64,000 nucleotides of DNA from IMG/VR virus record IMGVR_UViG_3300021962_000031, one strand, 5' to 3'. The position numbers and the translations under genes were made by a program. Of the stretch, positions 38,462-49,851 are shown one piece after another (positions within the stretch are counted from its first letter, which is position 1; each line of letters starts with the position of its first letter). A model generated the notes under the pieces. That model was not told the DNA's origin. It worked only from the letters and a program-made list of their open reading frames with translations, and did no database searches. Source of the stretch: a virus.

Positions 38462-41400
38462 TTACTTTGCCAAACGGAACACCGAATTCTTCAGCTTAAG
38501 CTCGTTGCCCCTCATGAGGGTCGCCCAAGCCTCTGCCCAGCGCATCTTCAGTTGCCTGGCTGCATCGTGAACCAGAGACACGGAAACTTTTTCAGAGAGC
38601 GGGTAAAGCTGTCTGTACCCCGTCCGATGTTCCAGTTCCAGGTACTTCCAATTGTACGGGTCCGAGTTTTCCATCGGCCAACATCTCCTTAAAAATCTTG
38701 TCGCAATACCGTGTCGCCGACTGTAGGTTCGTTTTGTAGGGGTTCTTGCCCCAACATCCCCACAACACATCACCTGTGCTATAGTCGTTGATTGAACAAA
38801 CCCAACCCCAACTAGGAAGTTCGCTTTCGTAGGCGATCAGCAGGTAATTTTTACCATTAGCCTCGACATGTTTGAACACTCCGTTGTCGTTTCCCATCGT
38901 CCTTTCGCCCAGTCGCCAGCCGTAAACCGTCTTCATCGTCCCCATTCCCTTTCCAGAAAGTTAGCGATCTTGTCCGCAGTCGTTTCGCCCAGGTCCCAAC
39001 CCAGCACATCCACCCAGTGCCGCAGCAGTTTCCCGCACTCATCGACCAGTTCGTCCACGCTCAAGTCCTTTAAGAACTCGACATCTCCGAAGGCGTTTGC
39101 CGTGTACAGTTCCGACAACCTTTTCATTGTGACACTTCCTCCGTAATCTTTCTCCAATCAACATGTGGATCGAAAGGTGGACCGCGATCCACGATCCATT
39201 TTTTCTTCTCGCATCGTTGCGTCCACTCAAACCAACCCTGGCAAACAGGCTTGTCTTTCATATAAAGCCAGCCACCGACGCGACCGACAACACCCAAATG
39301 AATCGCAATCGCCTTCGCCAATTCCAGATGTGTCATTTTATTCTGTCCTTGTTACAAAAATCACCTTCTTGGAAACCGCTGCCTTGGGATCGACCAGGAT
39401 TGCGATCTTGGTCGTGTATTCCCCACCCAAGAGCCTGAGCCTCATGACATTACCGCTGACATACCGGTCTGTCCGGACATCAGGCCGGTCAAAACCAATC
39501 GTTTGCCCAACCTTCAGTTTACGCATCTTGGTCAGGCTAACTTTCCCTAAATCGGGCAGTTCGGTATTCTTGTTCGCCATCACGCAGCCTCCTGGAAGAA
39601 AACCCTGGGCTTGCCGTCCACGCTGGTCAGCAGCACCACCCCCGCGGTCTCGAGCTTTTTCCCGTCGCCGTCCACAAAACTGTCCACCTTGTAGGGGTTG
39701 TAGTAGGCAGTCTTGTCTCTGGGCATACTGTTGATGAGTTTGCCAGCCTCGATGGGGTCGGTCACGATCTCCCCCTTGACTCCGGCATGAACCAGCTTTT
39801 TGCCCAATGCCCTCACCCGATCCCGGCCACCTGGCTGAACAACGAACTGAACATTCTTAATCAGAAGGTTCTCGTCATGTAAAATGACTTTCCCCTCGCT
39901 TGACTTTGCAGACCAGACCACCCCTGGGTGGTGGAGATTCCTGTAGACGAACGCTGTCAGCTTTCTCTTTTGTCGCATCCGGACTGTCCCCCGTGTCATT
40001 GTTGAAGAAGACTCTGCTGACTTCCTTCATCAGCAGCAGCAAATCCTTGTTTGGCAAGATGGACGAACCGTGCAACTCAATGATCTTTGCGAGTTGCACG
40101 GCCGCCTCCTTGGACATCCTCACCATTTTCATAGTTCGGACTTGCCAGTGATTTTCTTCAGGGCGGCAACGACCTCGGCCAGGCCGTGGCGGTTGACCAG
40201 TTGCTCCACTCGCTGATGCACCATGCTCACCGGTTGGGTCAACCCGGGCTTTTCGATGTCGCCATCGATAGGGTAGATCAGCGAGTAGGGCACCATCCAC
40301 ATCGACCCTGAAGAGTCAAACTTCTTGATCTTCGCCCTCGATGGGTTGATCTTCTCGACAACCCCCAGGGTCTTTGTCCCGTTCGGTCGTCCGAACAACA
40401 CCTTCATACCGACATGCACTTGATCCTTCAACATTTGCCATTCCTCCTTTGGGTTAAAGAACACAATCCAGATCATACTTACATATCTGATCTTCCACCG
40501 CCTCGGCTGGAGTAAAGTTCAGATCGAAGTATTTCTCAATCTCTTCATCGTCGCCGCCACCGTCTTCCCAGGACATGCCTGTCAGTTGGGCATACTTGTT
40601 GACAAACATGTAACGCCACAGAGACAGACTCGGTCGAATCGCCATCACCACTCCTCCTTAATGATCGGAAAGGGTTTCGCTGAAGAACTTCTCGCTCACC
40701 GCAGGGAGTTCCTCCTCCGACACGGTGAAGAACTTGTCGCTATCGCTCTCATCGATCCTTGCCAGCATCGCTGCCCGGATCAGAGCCTGGCTGAGCGTGG
40801 CGCACTTCTCATCCCAGCTGTTTGCCACATAGTCGCCCCAGGAGAGGAGATAGCCATCCTCTTCCTTTTCGATGAACACACACAGAGTTTTCAGTCTCGC
40901 ATGCAGCAACTCTTTCATTGCACTTCCTCCTTGTGAACAACCAGATAGTCGAAAGTCTTGCCATTCCTCAGCCCGACGCGGTAAATCCATCCACAGGGAA
41001 GGATTCTCTGCATCGCCCAAGCACAAACCCAGCGATTGAGGAACTTCCCCCACTTGACCGGTTTGTTCACCAAGCCGCCGATGTGTTGCGGATCGTTCAA
41101 CGCCTGGACTTGATCCGGGTCCATCTTGTGCCACTCGTATGTCCTAGGCCACGCCAGATTGATCTTGTACGCCAGAGTCTCGTCAACCGCCATGTGTCAC
41201 CTCCCTTTCACCCTTATTGCAGTTTCCCTGGGGTTAGGCTCAACATTCCCTCGCTGATCCGCTTGGCGATCCAGTTCGCCTCGCGCCCCATGCCCGAACC
41301 CGTGCTGATCGTGAACCCGCACCCGCTCCTAGGCTTGACCACGATCTGGTAGAGATTGGCCCCGCCACCCAACTGATAGAGGGATGTTTCTGCCCCGCCA

Positions 41401-42326
41401 TCGCTTGCCGGATAGGTCTTGATGTGATTCCAGATCATTTCTTCTCCATTTTGTAAAAGTGAATCGACCAAGCATGACCCCATTCGTACCAGTAGCCAGC
41501 CTGGTTGACTATCCGGTCGAAGTCATCAATCAGATTGATAGAATCAACCGCATATCCGTTCAGTACATGATTGAGAGTTCCCTCACAGGTGAGGGTGAGG
41601 TCGGCGTATTGCCCCACCTCCTCCCCCCTCTTTTGCCATTCCTTCGGGTCGTAGAAACTGTGATCCTTGCCCAACCCCCATCTGTCGATGTACTTCTGAA
41701 TCGCCGTCTTCAGTTGCTCGGTCACGATGTCCTCCTTTCAATGTGTGATGCTCGCACCAGAGTCACCGCATCTTCCAGGCTGATGTTGCGTTTCGTCTTC
41801 ACCACCTCGGTTCCTTCGTAGAAGTTCAGTCGGCCCGACTCCTCCTGCCAGCCGATGCTGAAGGCAGCCCAATCTTTGGACAGACTCCAGAACAACACCG
41901 TGGTTGTCCCGCCCACTTCCATGAACAGCTTCGCATCCAAACCATCAAATTCCGTGTCGGTCAAATCAGCCTTGATCTTCATCGTTGTCCTCCTAGGTAA
42001 CCTTAAACTGCCATGTCCTTACGGATCAAGTCAAGAACATCTTGCCAGTCATCCGTTTCCAACATGTACTCAATCACACTCTTGTAGCACCCACCCTCCA
42101 GCCTCACCACCGTGTAGCGATGATATTCGGCATCCGGGTCGTATCGCAACTCCGGGTCCTTGTAGTCGATCCAGACACAGAGTGTGTCGCTTGCAAAGTG
42201 TGGGCATTGGTCATGTTTCCAAGACACATCCTTGAATCCCATCCCCAGGAGGGGAGCGACCCGCGTTGTCAAGTCCTCATCGAAGTCGGGAAACTCTTGC
42301 CGGTAGTTGCCGATAGCCATCGTCAT
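38462..42326 (-). other. dense run of about 14 short coupled orphan ORFs (e.g. 38592-38945, 39338-39583, 39580-39978, 40915-41193, 41214-41438, 41435-41725, 41722-41982, 42003-42326)
   Basis: Overlapping start/stop codons and GGAGG RBSs; typical early/accessory region. Confidence 0.6.
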
Positions 42327-42934
42327 CGCCCTCCCCATTGTTGTGCCATTGCTTTTGCAATCCCACGGTAGGTCTTGCTCCGAATCTTCCATCGGTTCGG
42401 CCCCGGCGAGGTCAGATGCACCTTCGCCCGGTCCTTGTACGGCAGGGACATCGTCTCCTGCTTGAGGTTGGTTGTCGGCTCAAGCCTGGGTAGGCCACGC
42501 AGCCAGAAGCAAGTCCGCTTGACCTCCTTGTGTCCGAAGTCGTAGGGCTGAACGCTTTGGGCGAAGTTGGCTCGGATGATCTCCTTGCCGTATCGGTGCA
42601 TGACGGGGTTCTCTACACACACCCTCTCCACCGGAGCATTCCAGAAGGCGAGGAACAGCCTTGCGCCCTCCCGCATCGCCTCCCAACGCTCCTCGTTCTT
42701 CGTCCCGTCGGCGTTGTACAACCAACGCACCCCGGCATTGGTCAGGTAGGTACAGGGGGGGTGAGCGATCAGCATGTCCCACCCATCGCCGAGAATCTTC
42801 GTCGCATCCCCCTGAATGTGGTGGGGACTGCCATCGTCTGCCGGAAGCACATCCGCACTCCAAGCATCGTGTCCCATGCTTCTGAACGCCTCACGAACCA
42901 CCCCACTACTCTCGCAAGCCACAAGAATTCGCAT
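42323..42934 (-). CDS. short phage DNA cytosine methyltransferase-like protein
   Basis: MRILVACESSG.VREAF, IAHPPCTYL, VENPV, QPYDFGH...KRTCFWL.GLP.L, RSKTY.GIA.AMA.QWG. Confidence 0.75.
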   Translation of the reverse strand: MRILVACESSGVVREAFRSMGHDAWSADVLPADDGSPHHIQGDATKILGDGWDMLIAHPPCTYLTNAGVRWLYNADGTKNEERWEAMREGARLFLAFWNAPVERVCVENPVMHRYGKEIIRANFAQSVQPYDFGHKEVKRTCFWLRGLPRLEPTTNLKQETMSLPYKDRAKVHLTSPGPNRWKIRSKTYRGIAKAMAQQWGGR

Positions 42935-42950
42935 TGAACACCTCCTGTTG

Positions 42951-43247
42951 TTATTGCAGTTCGTCCTTCGTTTGACCCGCCGATTTCATGCAGTCCTTGC
43001 ATGTGTCCCCGACCATGTCCGACGCGTCGAAGAAGTCTTCACAGCATTCACAGAACTCGCCCCTGGGGTACTGCTTGTCCAGCAACCTTTCCATAGCATC
43101 CAGTCCTGCCTGGTACATGAGGTCGCCGAGTTTCTTCCGATTGCATTCCAGCCAGGCCTTAGCCCGCTCTTCCGTCCAGTCTGGGCGGAACTCATCCAGA
43201 ATGTCGTGATGAGTCATAAAAGCACCCGCCAGCTTAGAAATGTCCAT
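42951..43247 (-). CDS. hypothetical protein with CxxC pairs
   Basis: CECC...CKDC; ends AGQTKDELQ* inside the motif. Confidence 0.6.
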   Translation of the reverse strand: MDISKLAGAFMTHHDILDEFRPDWTEERAKAWLECNRKKLGDLMYQAGLDAMERLLDKQYPRGEFCECCEDFFDASDMVGDTCKDCMKSAGQTKDELQ

Positions 43248-43719
43248 CGTAACCTCCTTAAGACTGTCCAGCTTAATATCCTTTACTCCACAACACCCCC
43301 CGATTTCTCGGGGTTATAATCTTCTTCTTCCTCGGATTTGGCGCATAATACCCTGTACTTTGCAGTTAAAAGCTCATTGATGCGCCTCTGCCTACCCTTG
43401 CTAGCCTCAATAGCAAGATCGATAGCACTTATAATCACGGATACATCTGCACCTGTTAGCCTATCAATGATCATTTGCGTCCTCCTTCCGTTAGCCCGGT
43501 GAGTCGTTCCAACCCTATTGCAGTTCGCTGTCGGTTTGGCTCAGTCATCGGTCGGGTCCATCTCCTTGAGCAGGTCCACATCTGCGCCTCCCACATAACC
43601 GTTGGCCTCGTTGTCAACCCCGTGATCGTCTATGAAGTCCGACAACAGTCGGATGATTGCGGTTCTGCTGACTTTGTAACGGTGCCGAAATTCTTCCATG
43701 TACTCAAAGAAACTATCCA

Positions 43720-43983
43720 TCATTCACCTCCCATATAAAGGTTCCATAGTTCCTGGTCTTCCAGCCAAACCCAGGGATCGCCTGCGCCCCACAACTCATC
43801 GTGGATTCTCGACAACTCGGCAACATCCTCCGGGGTTGGCTTTTTGTCTGTCCCCGACCAGATGATGTCCTCCGGACTGTCGTCAAAATGAAAGGTCAGT
43901 TTGTTGGCCACAAGCCACCGAATGTAGGCCTTCCCATCGTCGGCGTTGCGGATTTTCCAGGTCTTCAACTCTGGGTATTGCAT
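43720..43983 (-). CDS. hypothetical protein
   Basis: FHFDDSPEDIIW motif; GGAG RBS. Confidence 0.6.
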   Translation of the reverse strand: MQYPELKTWKIRNADDGKAYIRWLVANKLTFHFDDSPEDIIWSGTDKKPTPEDVAELSRIHDELWGAGDPWVWLEDQELWNLYMGGE

Positions 43984-44279
43984 GATTGCTCCTTATGGCA
44001 ATTGTCGCAGTACAACTCCACATCTCCGGTGCTTTCCCAAACCACTTCGTGGTGATTATCGGTCAAAACACCGCAGTTATCGCACTTTTCCGTGCCCCGA
44101 CCCAACTCCTTTTCAAACTCCATGTCGCCATCTTCGTCGGTGATCGTCCACTGATTCAACGGCGTGTTGAAGGCCTCGTCCCGCGCCTTCTCCAGGGCCT
44201 GGTCGTCATCATATTCCTCGACCTGGATGTAGATGTGGGCCTTGATATTCTCGGTTACTAGCACCGTGTACTTAGCCAT
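43965..44279 (-). CDS. DpnD/PcfM-like small protein with Zn ribbon
   Basis: KYTVLVTE...IQVE...DQALEKA; CDNC..CDNC. Confidence 0.55.
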   Translation of the reverse strand: MAKYTVLVTENIKAHIYIQVEEYDDDQALEKARDEAFNTPLNQWTITDEDGDMEFEKELGRGTEKCDNCGVLTDNHHEVVWESTGDVELYCDNCHKEQSCNTQS

Positions 44280-44475
44280 TCGCCACCTCCCCTCGCAATT
44301 CCTCAATGTCTTCCTCGATGATCTCGGATTCGCTCTGCCATTCCTCCCTATGCAGGGGGATAGCAAAGGCCTTTTCCCTTGCCAGTTCCATAGCCTCTTC
44401 TTCGTTGTCTGCCTCCACGGTCACCTCAATGGATGCCGTGATCTGCTCGGTCATGGTATACTTGTAATTCGGCAT
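44272..44475 (-). CDS. DpnD/PcfM-like small protein
   Basis: YKYTMTE...EVTVEADNEEEAMELA. Confidence 0.6.
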   Translation of the reverse strand: MPNYKYTMTEQITASIEVTVEADNEEEAMELAREKAFAIPLHREEWQSESEIIEEDIEELRGEVANG

Positions 44476-44927
44476 TCTCGTTCCTCCTTTGTTAGCCCGG
44501 TCGGCTTTATTTGAAGTACTTGTCCTTGTCTTCCCACCAGTTCCACCGGCAGGCTTCGCAATGGAAGTGGGCGCAGTCTCTTTGATCGGCGGGGATGTTG
44601 GTGACGGTTGCCTTCTCCCCTCCCCACCCGACATCCGCACTCTCGGAGTCGTTCCTAATAATGACCATCTCCCCATCAACCCTTATGACCTGATGAACTC
44701 TCCACTCTAGGTAGGCATAGGAGATGCCGTCCTCAGAGGAGGAGTCGTTGCCACACTTGGGGCAGATCAATACCCCATACTGTTTGTTTTCGCTTGCCAT
44801 AAAACCTCCTTTTTTTGAACCGCCGCCGCCCAAAAAACAAGCGCAGACGGCACGAAACACATGATACTACCTTCTATCCATCTATTAGACCGTGATATAT
44901 CGGCCTAACTACAATCTACTATTGGGT

Positions 44928-45233
44928 TTACAACGAGTCAACCAGTTCCTTCAGTTTGCTGCGGTAACGCACCGGGCAATTCAGGATGCTGTTGACCACA
45001 TCATTCGCTGCTTTGCCTAGGGCATGGGCTACCAGCGAAGCCCCGGTCATTTGATACAAATCCCACCCTTCCCGGCTATACGGGGATCGGGGGTGTTTGC
45101 CTTCCGCTGCCTGGCGCACCAAGTGTCGGAACACCGCATGGCACTCTGTATCACATGCTCCGTAGTTTCTGTGCCCATGTGCCAGACTTTGGAAGCGTTT
45201 GACATTGATCAGAACCAGATCGTATTCGTCCAT
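44928..45233 (-). CDS. hypothetical protein
   Basis: 101 aa, GGAGG RBS, YGACDTE motif. Confidence 0.6.
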   Translation of the reverse strand: MDEYDLVLINVKRFQSLAHGHRNYGACDTECHAVFRHLVRQAAEGKHPRSPYSREGWDLYQMTGASLVAHALGKAANDVVNSILNCPVRYRSKLKELVDSL

Positions 45234-45280
45234 ATATCCTCCTGTATCTACATAGGGTCAAAACATGACTTCCTTAAGAA

Positions 45281-45502
45281 TTAGAAAGGTAGCTCGTCCT
45301 TGGGCAGTTCCCGCGGGGGCACTTGGGCCTGGTCAGGTCCACCCAAGGGGAAGTCCCGGTTGAACTCTTCGATGACCAGTTCCTCTGCTGCGGATGCTTC
45401 CTGCATCACCCGCATCTGCTGATCCTCCCCCTCGTCCTCCTGTGCGGGGTCGTATCCGAAGTAGTCAATCATGTCTTTGTAAGAATAAAACTGCTTGCTC
45501 AT
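45281..45502 (-). CDS. acidic hypothetical protein
   Basis: MSKQFYSY...DELPF*, directly downstream of repeat unit A. Confidence 0.6.
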   Translation of the reverse strand: MSKQFYSYKDMIDYFGYDPAQEDEGEDQQMRVMQEASAAEELVIEEFNRDFPLGGPDQAQVPPRELPKDELPF

Positions 45503-45531
45503 GTTGCACCCCCTGTGAGTGTGAGTCGTTT

Positions 45532-45722
45532 CGTCACCTTTATTGCAGTCGGGTCGGGGTTTGGCTTGGGTATTTTTGGCGGTTGTTTTGGGAGGCAGTA
45601 AAAGAGTGCAGTTGTTCGGGGGTTTGGCTCGGAAAAATTTTAGCGCAACCGGGAAAATACGGGTGATACAAACAAATAAAAAAAGAAAAGGCCCAGGAGG
45701 GGGCATCCCCTCCCAGGCCCTG
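45532..45722 (-). repeat. intergenic module A (terminator, degenerate dyad, 2 motif copies)
   Basis: TTGCAG-N10-GTTTGGCT near 45543 and GTGCAG-N10-GTTTGGCTC near 45606; GGCCCAGGAGGGG..CCCCTCCCAGGCC hairpin. Confidence 0.85.
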
Positions 45723-45726
45723 GGCA

Positions 45727-46071
45727 TCACCGCGGTGGCGCGGGCTGCGTGTTGTGGACATGAGCCAGAGCGAGGTCGGCGATCCGGAAGTTCTCCCGCA
45801 TCTCCCTCGCCCTCGTCTGGATGGCGTCCAGGCTGCGCCTGCCATCGGCGACCAGCTTCTCCAGTTCCTTGCGCTTCGCCTCCAGCTTGGCCACCTCCTC
45901 GGAGAGGGCGGCCCGTTGGCTCCGCAGGTCGGCAGCGGTCGTGATCAGCATGTCGCAGCGGATGCCCTCCTCCCAGAACGGCTTGGCCTCCCTGAGAAAG
46001 TCCTTGACATACCCGCTGGGGGTCTGATCCACCAGCCAGTCCAGATGCTTCAACTCATCGGTCTTTGTCAT
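45727..46071 (-). CDS. coiled-coil hypothetical protein
   Basis: 114 aa, GGAGG RBS. Confidence 0.65.
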   Translation of the reverse strand: MTKTDELKHLDWLVDQTPSGYVKDFLREAKPFWEEGIRCDMLITTAADLRSQRAALSEEVAKLEAKRKELEKLVADGRRSLDAIQTRAREMRENFRIADLALAHVHNTQPAPPR

Positions 46072-46252
46072 CGGTCACCTCCTCGATGGTGGTTTCGACA
46101 TCGCCCGTGTCCCACAGGGACCAGTCGCCCTGGTCAAAGGCTCGCTCAATCGCCTGATCCTTGATCTTCGCCTCATCAGTTTCGGTCGTTTCGACTTCGA
46201 CCCGGCAGTACTCCTCCGTGAACCGTTTGACCAGCACCGAATACTTTTTCAT
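46055..46252 (-). CDS. DpnD/PcfM-like small protein
   Basis: KYSVLVKR...RVEVE...DQAIERA. Confidence 0.5.
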   Translation of the reverse strand: MKKYSVLVKRFTEEYCRVEVETTETDEAKIKDQAIERAFDQGDWSLWDTGDVETTIEEVTDDKDR

Positions 46253-46504
46253 CGTCCACCTCCTCTCAACCAAAGTTGTCGTTGTAAACCCAGCCCGCCT
46301 CAACCTCTCTGATTGCCCCGCCGAAGTATTCCAACGCTTCGGCCAGGTCAGTCAGGTGCCTAGGGGCACCCCCAGAAATCCCGGAGCGGTCCAGCCACTC
46401 CTGCATCTCAGCCCGCAGGCTCCGTTCGCAGGTCGCCCTGTCCTTCCCGGCCACGATCATGCCGTGGCCGTAGATGCCTGGGATGCTGCCGATCCAGACC
46501 CTCG

Positions 46505-46909
46505 TCATTTGCCCACCCTCCACAGGTTTTCCTTGACAATACGGACGATCTCAGCCAGATGCTCGGCCTGAAGGCCACCCTCGGGGTGTTCGTGGTCGAG
46601 GAACTCACAGGGGAAACTGACGAAGTCCTCAAAAGAACCCTCATCGTAGTCACCCTTGACCCAGCCCATCCCCTCGTTGGTCAGGCTGATCCAGTTCGTG
46701 CGATCCTCCGACCACACATAGACCACCATCGTCATCCCGCCCGTCTGCTCGACGGTACAGTCGATGCCCGCATCCTCCAGGGCCAGCGCGATCCCGTTGC
46801 ACTCCTGATAGTCGGCCGCTGCGGCACAGGCACAAGAGTAGCACTTGTGGGGCGTGTCCCACAGTTCGCAGGGCTGAACCGACTTGTGGAATCGTTTGGT
46901 CTCAGTCAT
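46505..46909 (-). CDS. hypothetical protein
   Basis: VEQTGGMTMV motif; GGAGG RBS. Confidence 0.6.
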   Translation of the reverse strand: MTETKRFHKSVQPCELWDTPHKCYSCACAAAADYQECNGIALALEDAGIDCTVEQTGGMTMVVYVWSEDRTNWISLTNEGMGWVKGDYDEGSFEDFVSFPCEFLDHEHPEGGLQAEHLAEIVRIVKENLWRVGK

Positions 46910-47165
46910 TGTCCACCTCCTCTTCCTCGTCGCCGTAAGGGCAGCAGTTGGTCCCCACATCGTCCCCATTGACGAAGTGTTCACTATCAGAGACCACATC
47001 CCCGAACTCAATCTGCCCAATCTGCTTGTCGGTCAGGGCGTTGGGATCGATGGCGAGAGCCATCTTCGTCGCCTCCTCCAGACTGCCTGCCTCGACCTTC
47101 AACTCCAGAGACAAATCCTGCGTCCAGGTGACGAGGATTTCAAACTGCTTTTTCTTCTTAGCCAT
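46902..47165 (-). CDS. DpnD/PcfM-like small protein
   Basis: FEILVTW...LKVEAGSLEEATKMA. Confidence 0.55.
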   Translation of the reverse strand: MAKKKKQFEILVTWTQDLSLELKVEAGSLEEATKMALAIDPNALTDKQIGQIEFGDVVSDSEHFVNGDDVGTNCCPYGDEEEEVDND

Positions 47166-47199
47166 TGCCCACCTCCTTTGTAGTGTCCGATAATCTTCC

Positions 47200-47439
47200 T
47201 TATGTTGCACTCAGCCATTCCATCGCCTTTTCGTACCGCACCAGCTGCGGATCGTTGTCCTCGCCCCATCGGGAGTTGAGCTTTTGTTCCAAGTAAAGCG
47301 CAATGTAATCCTTGACCTCTTGGATGTTCTTGAATTCGCTGCGGACCTGCTCCTTAGTCCAGCACTCCACGATGATGTCACCACCCAGTTCGTAGTACTT
47401 GTCGCACAGGTCGAAGACCTCTTCCACGAAATCCTTCAT
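47200..47439 (-). CDS. hypothetical protein
   Basis: YELGGDIIVECW motif; GGAGG RBS. Confidence 0.6.
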   Translation of the reverse strand: MKDFVEEVFDLCDKYYELGGDIIVECWTKEQVRSEFKNIQEVKDYIALYLEQKLNSRWGEDNDPQLVRYEKAMEWLSAT

Positions 47440-47714
47440 GCGTCACCTCCCGTCCACTTGTTGACCCACTCCATTGCCCCTTCCACCGAATCGACCTCGG
47501 CATAGCCGATGCATTGGCCGTTTGCGCTCTCCCATTGCTCCTGGGTGTACCACCCCACTGTCAGGTGGCCATCCTTCTCCATTGAGTCTGTCACCACGAT
47601 CACCTTGCCGTCCCACGGCAGGATGACCCCGTACAACCCGCAATGAGCCATGTACTCATCTGCGTTGGGGAACTCGGCCTTGACCCGCTGGCAAATTTCC
47701 TTGACCATCGTCAT
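47436..47714 (-). CDS. hypothetical protein
   Basis: Coupled overlaps. Confidence 0.6.
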   Translation of the reverse strand: MTMVKEICQRVKAEFPNADEYMAHCGLYGVILPWDGKVIVVTDSMEKDGHLTVGWYTQEQWESANGQCIGYAEVDSVEGAMEWVNKWTGGDA

Positions 47715-47992
47715 TGCTTGCCCTCCTGTTTCTTGAGTTGACGCTTCTCATCCTGTCGGATGGCCTTGGTTGCCTGGACGAAGAACGCCCCCTTGCAACC
47801 GATCAAGCCAACCAGCAGCCCCTCCAGACTCGCTTTCATCTCATGATTCTTGATGCTGAGAATCTCCGGCTTGCCGTAGTGGATCGTCTCCTTGTCGGAC
47901 TGATAGCGCACCTCGGCGACCACCCACCTCGTCTTGCCATCGGGCATCTGTATGCCGTGTTCTATGATCACCGCACCCTCGACCTTGCTCAT
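47711..47992 (-). CDS. hypothetical protein
   Basis: Follows the solo motif at 48013. Confidence 0.55.
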   Translation of the reverse strand: MSKVEGAVIIEHGIQMPDGKTRWVVAEVRYQSDKETIHYGKPEILSIKNHEMKASLEGLLVGLIGCKGAFFVQATKAIRQDEKRQLKKQEGKQ

Positions 47993-48012
47993 GAAGCACC
48001 CCCTTTCTGTCC

Positions 48013-48375
48013 TTATTGCAGTTCGGCCACCGTTTGGCTCACGCTGAATTCGCTTTTCGACCACCCCCGCACCTCCACCTCCCCGTCCCAGATGTTGAAG
48101 GTGACCTCGACCTCATCCCACCCGCCTGCCAGGTGATCCGCGGTCAGGAGCGCAGCCCGCTCGACCAGTTCCCACATGGACATTTCCTCCGGCTTGTCGG
48201 TTCCAAGGACTTCCTTGACGAAGTCAGCCGGGATCAGATCGTCCTCCTTCAGGGTATTCGGATGGCATTCCATGTCTTTCAGTTCGCTGCCACGGTAATC
48301 ATCAGAAGAAAACTTAAGGGTTATCTCATCCACGCCGTTTTCTTGAATCTTCTTGAATAACTTGCAGATGTTCAT
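48013..48375 (-). CDS. hypothetical protein
   Basis: 120 aa; ends VSQTVAELQ* inside the motif. Confidence 0.65.
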   Translation of the reverse strand: MNICKLFKKIQENGVDEITLKFSSDDYRGSELKDMECHPNTLKEDDLIPADFVKEVLGTDKPEEMSMWELVERAALLTADHLAGGWDEVEVTFNIWDGEVEVRGWSKSEFSVSQTVAELQ

Positions 48376-48404
48376 GCTTGTGTTCTCCGTGAGTGTTTTG
48401 CCGT

Positions 48405-48645
48405 CTCACCCTTATTGCAGTTGTTTCGGGGTGTGGCTCAGGTATTTTTCGCCAGGAGTTTGGGGTGAATAGATGAGTGCAGTTTATTCGGGGTTTGGCT
48501 CAAAAATTTTTGGCCCTGGGGGAGGGGCGCGAATATAGGAGTGCAGTTGGCTTGCTGTTTGGCTCACATAAAAATGGGCGACCGGCCCCGGAGGGCCGGG
48601 ACAAAACGAAAAAAACCTGGCCCAGGGTTTCCCCCAGGCCAGGCT
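48405..48645 (-). repeat. intergenic module B (3 motif copies, dyad, terminator)
   Basis: Motifs near 48415, 48477 and 48541; ACCGGCC-CCGGAG-GGCCGGG at 48581; CCTGGCC..GGCCAGG hairpin with A-run. Confidence 0.85.
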
Positions 48646-48681
48646 TGCGGGTTGGTCAGGCCCGCTCCAAGCCGATGCCCA

Positions 48682-49221
48682 CTATGCCGAGGCACCAGCT
48701 TGGATTTTCTCACGGATCAAGTCCTCCAGATGGTAGGCGTTGCCCGCCACCTGGAAGGCCTGCTCGGGCGGGAGGTTCTCGGCCACCGCCTGTGCCAGCC
48801 AATCGTCTCCGATCAGCCCGCTACAGCTATCGATCACCTCGCCCTCCTCGTCCCGGATGACAAAGCCGTAGGACCTGCCGTTCACCCAGTCCGAGTACTC
48901 CCGGAGGAAGGCGTCCGCGGATTCCGGACCCGGGGCGGGTTCGTCCTCCTCCCAGACCAGCAGTCCGGCGATAAGCACCCCGTCCCAGGTGAACTCGACC
49001 CCCGCGGGCACCTTGTGTCCTGCCCGCCCCCACCAGGAGTCGCCGTGTTGGTAGTAGGACAGCCAGTAGGCCTCACCCTTGTCCATCTTGCTCCGGATCG
49101 GATAGTCGAACGAATCCAGAGCCTTGAAGGTGGTGTGCCTCGGACTGAAGCTGTACAGCCTCCAGCCGTAGTTGTCGTTGGGGGAATCTGCCTCGCTGTG
49201 AAAAACTTCCACCGTCCACAT
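48682..49221 (-). CDS. hypothetical protein
   Basis: YQHG...WDG...EYSDWVNG..YGF...DSCSG; GGAGG RBS. Confidence 0.65.
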   Translation of the reverse strand: MWTVEVFHSEADSPNDNYGWRLYSFSPRHTTFKALDSFDYPIRSKMDKGEAYWLSYYQHGDSWWGRAGHKVPAGVEFTWDGVLIAGLLVWEEDEPAPGPESADAFLREYSDWVNGRSYGFVIRDEEGEVIDSCSGLIGDDWLAQAVAENLPPEQAFQVAGNAYHLEDLIREKIQAGASA

Positions 49222-49296
49222 GATAGCCTCCTTCTCGTCGCCGTCTAGGGGGGTGGGGGGCCGGGCCACACACTAACCCGGCCCCCCGGGGGCGGC

Positions 49297-49851
49297 TCAC
49301 AGACCGAACAGTCTGCGGAGCCAAGACTTGCCCTTCAGCTTGGCAACTTCCAGCTGAAGCATGGTGATCTCGCCCTTGAGGGATTCGACAATCTCCTCCA
49401 AGGAGCCGTTGGACTTGATGACCTTTTCATCGATGGCCCGTTCCAGATCGTGGAACTGCCTGGTCATTTCCGTCTCCATCGCATCCCGGGCGGCCTCGTG
49501 CCAGTCGATGTTCTGCTGCGCCAACTCAGCAAAATCGACCTGATCCCTGACCAGCTGCTTGAAGTCGAAGTCCCGCAGCGCACCTGGGATGGCCTCGTCC
49601 AAGGCGGTCGAGACATTCTCGATCAGCGCATCCCGCGCCAGGTCCCCGAAGTCCACCTCCTCGGAGACGATGCTGGCGAGGTTCAGTTCCTTGACAGCAC
49701 TCTTGGCGAGATCGTCCCATTCCACCGCATCGTTGACAATATCGGCGAGGTCCACGCTGTCGCTGATGATGTCCCGCCAGTCCATGTCGCTGACACGATT
49801 GTCAATTGCTTTCTCGACATAATCATTGATAGCATCTTCAATCTTGCTCAT
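49297..49851 (-). CDS. protein with ~11-aa helical repeats and C-terminal coiled coil
   Basis: Repeated D[WLF].[DE]L units; ends KSWLRRLFGL. Confidence 0.7.
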   Translation of the reverse strand: MSKIEDAINDYVEKAIDNRVSDMDWRDIISDSVDLADIVNDAVEWDDLAKSAVKELNLASIVSEEVDFGDLARDALIENVSTALDEAIPGALRDFDFKQLVRDQVDFAELAQQNIDWHEAARDAMETEMTRQFHDLERAIDEKVIKSNGSLEEIVESLKGEITMLQLEVAKLKGKSWLRRLFGL

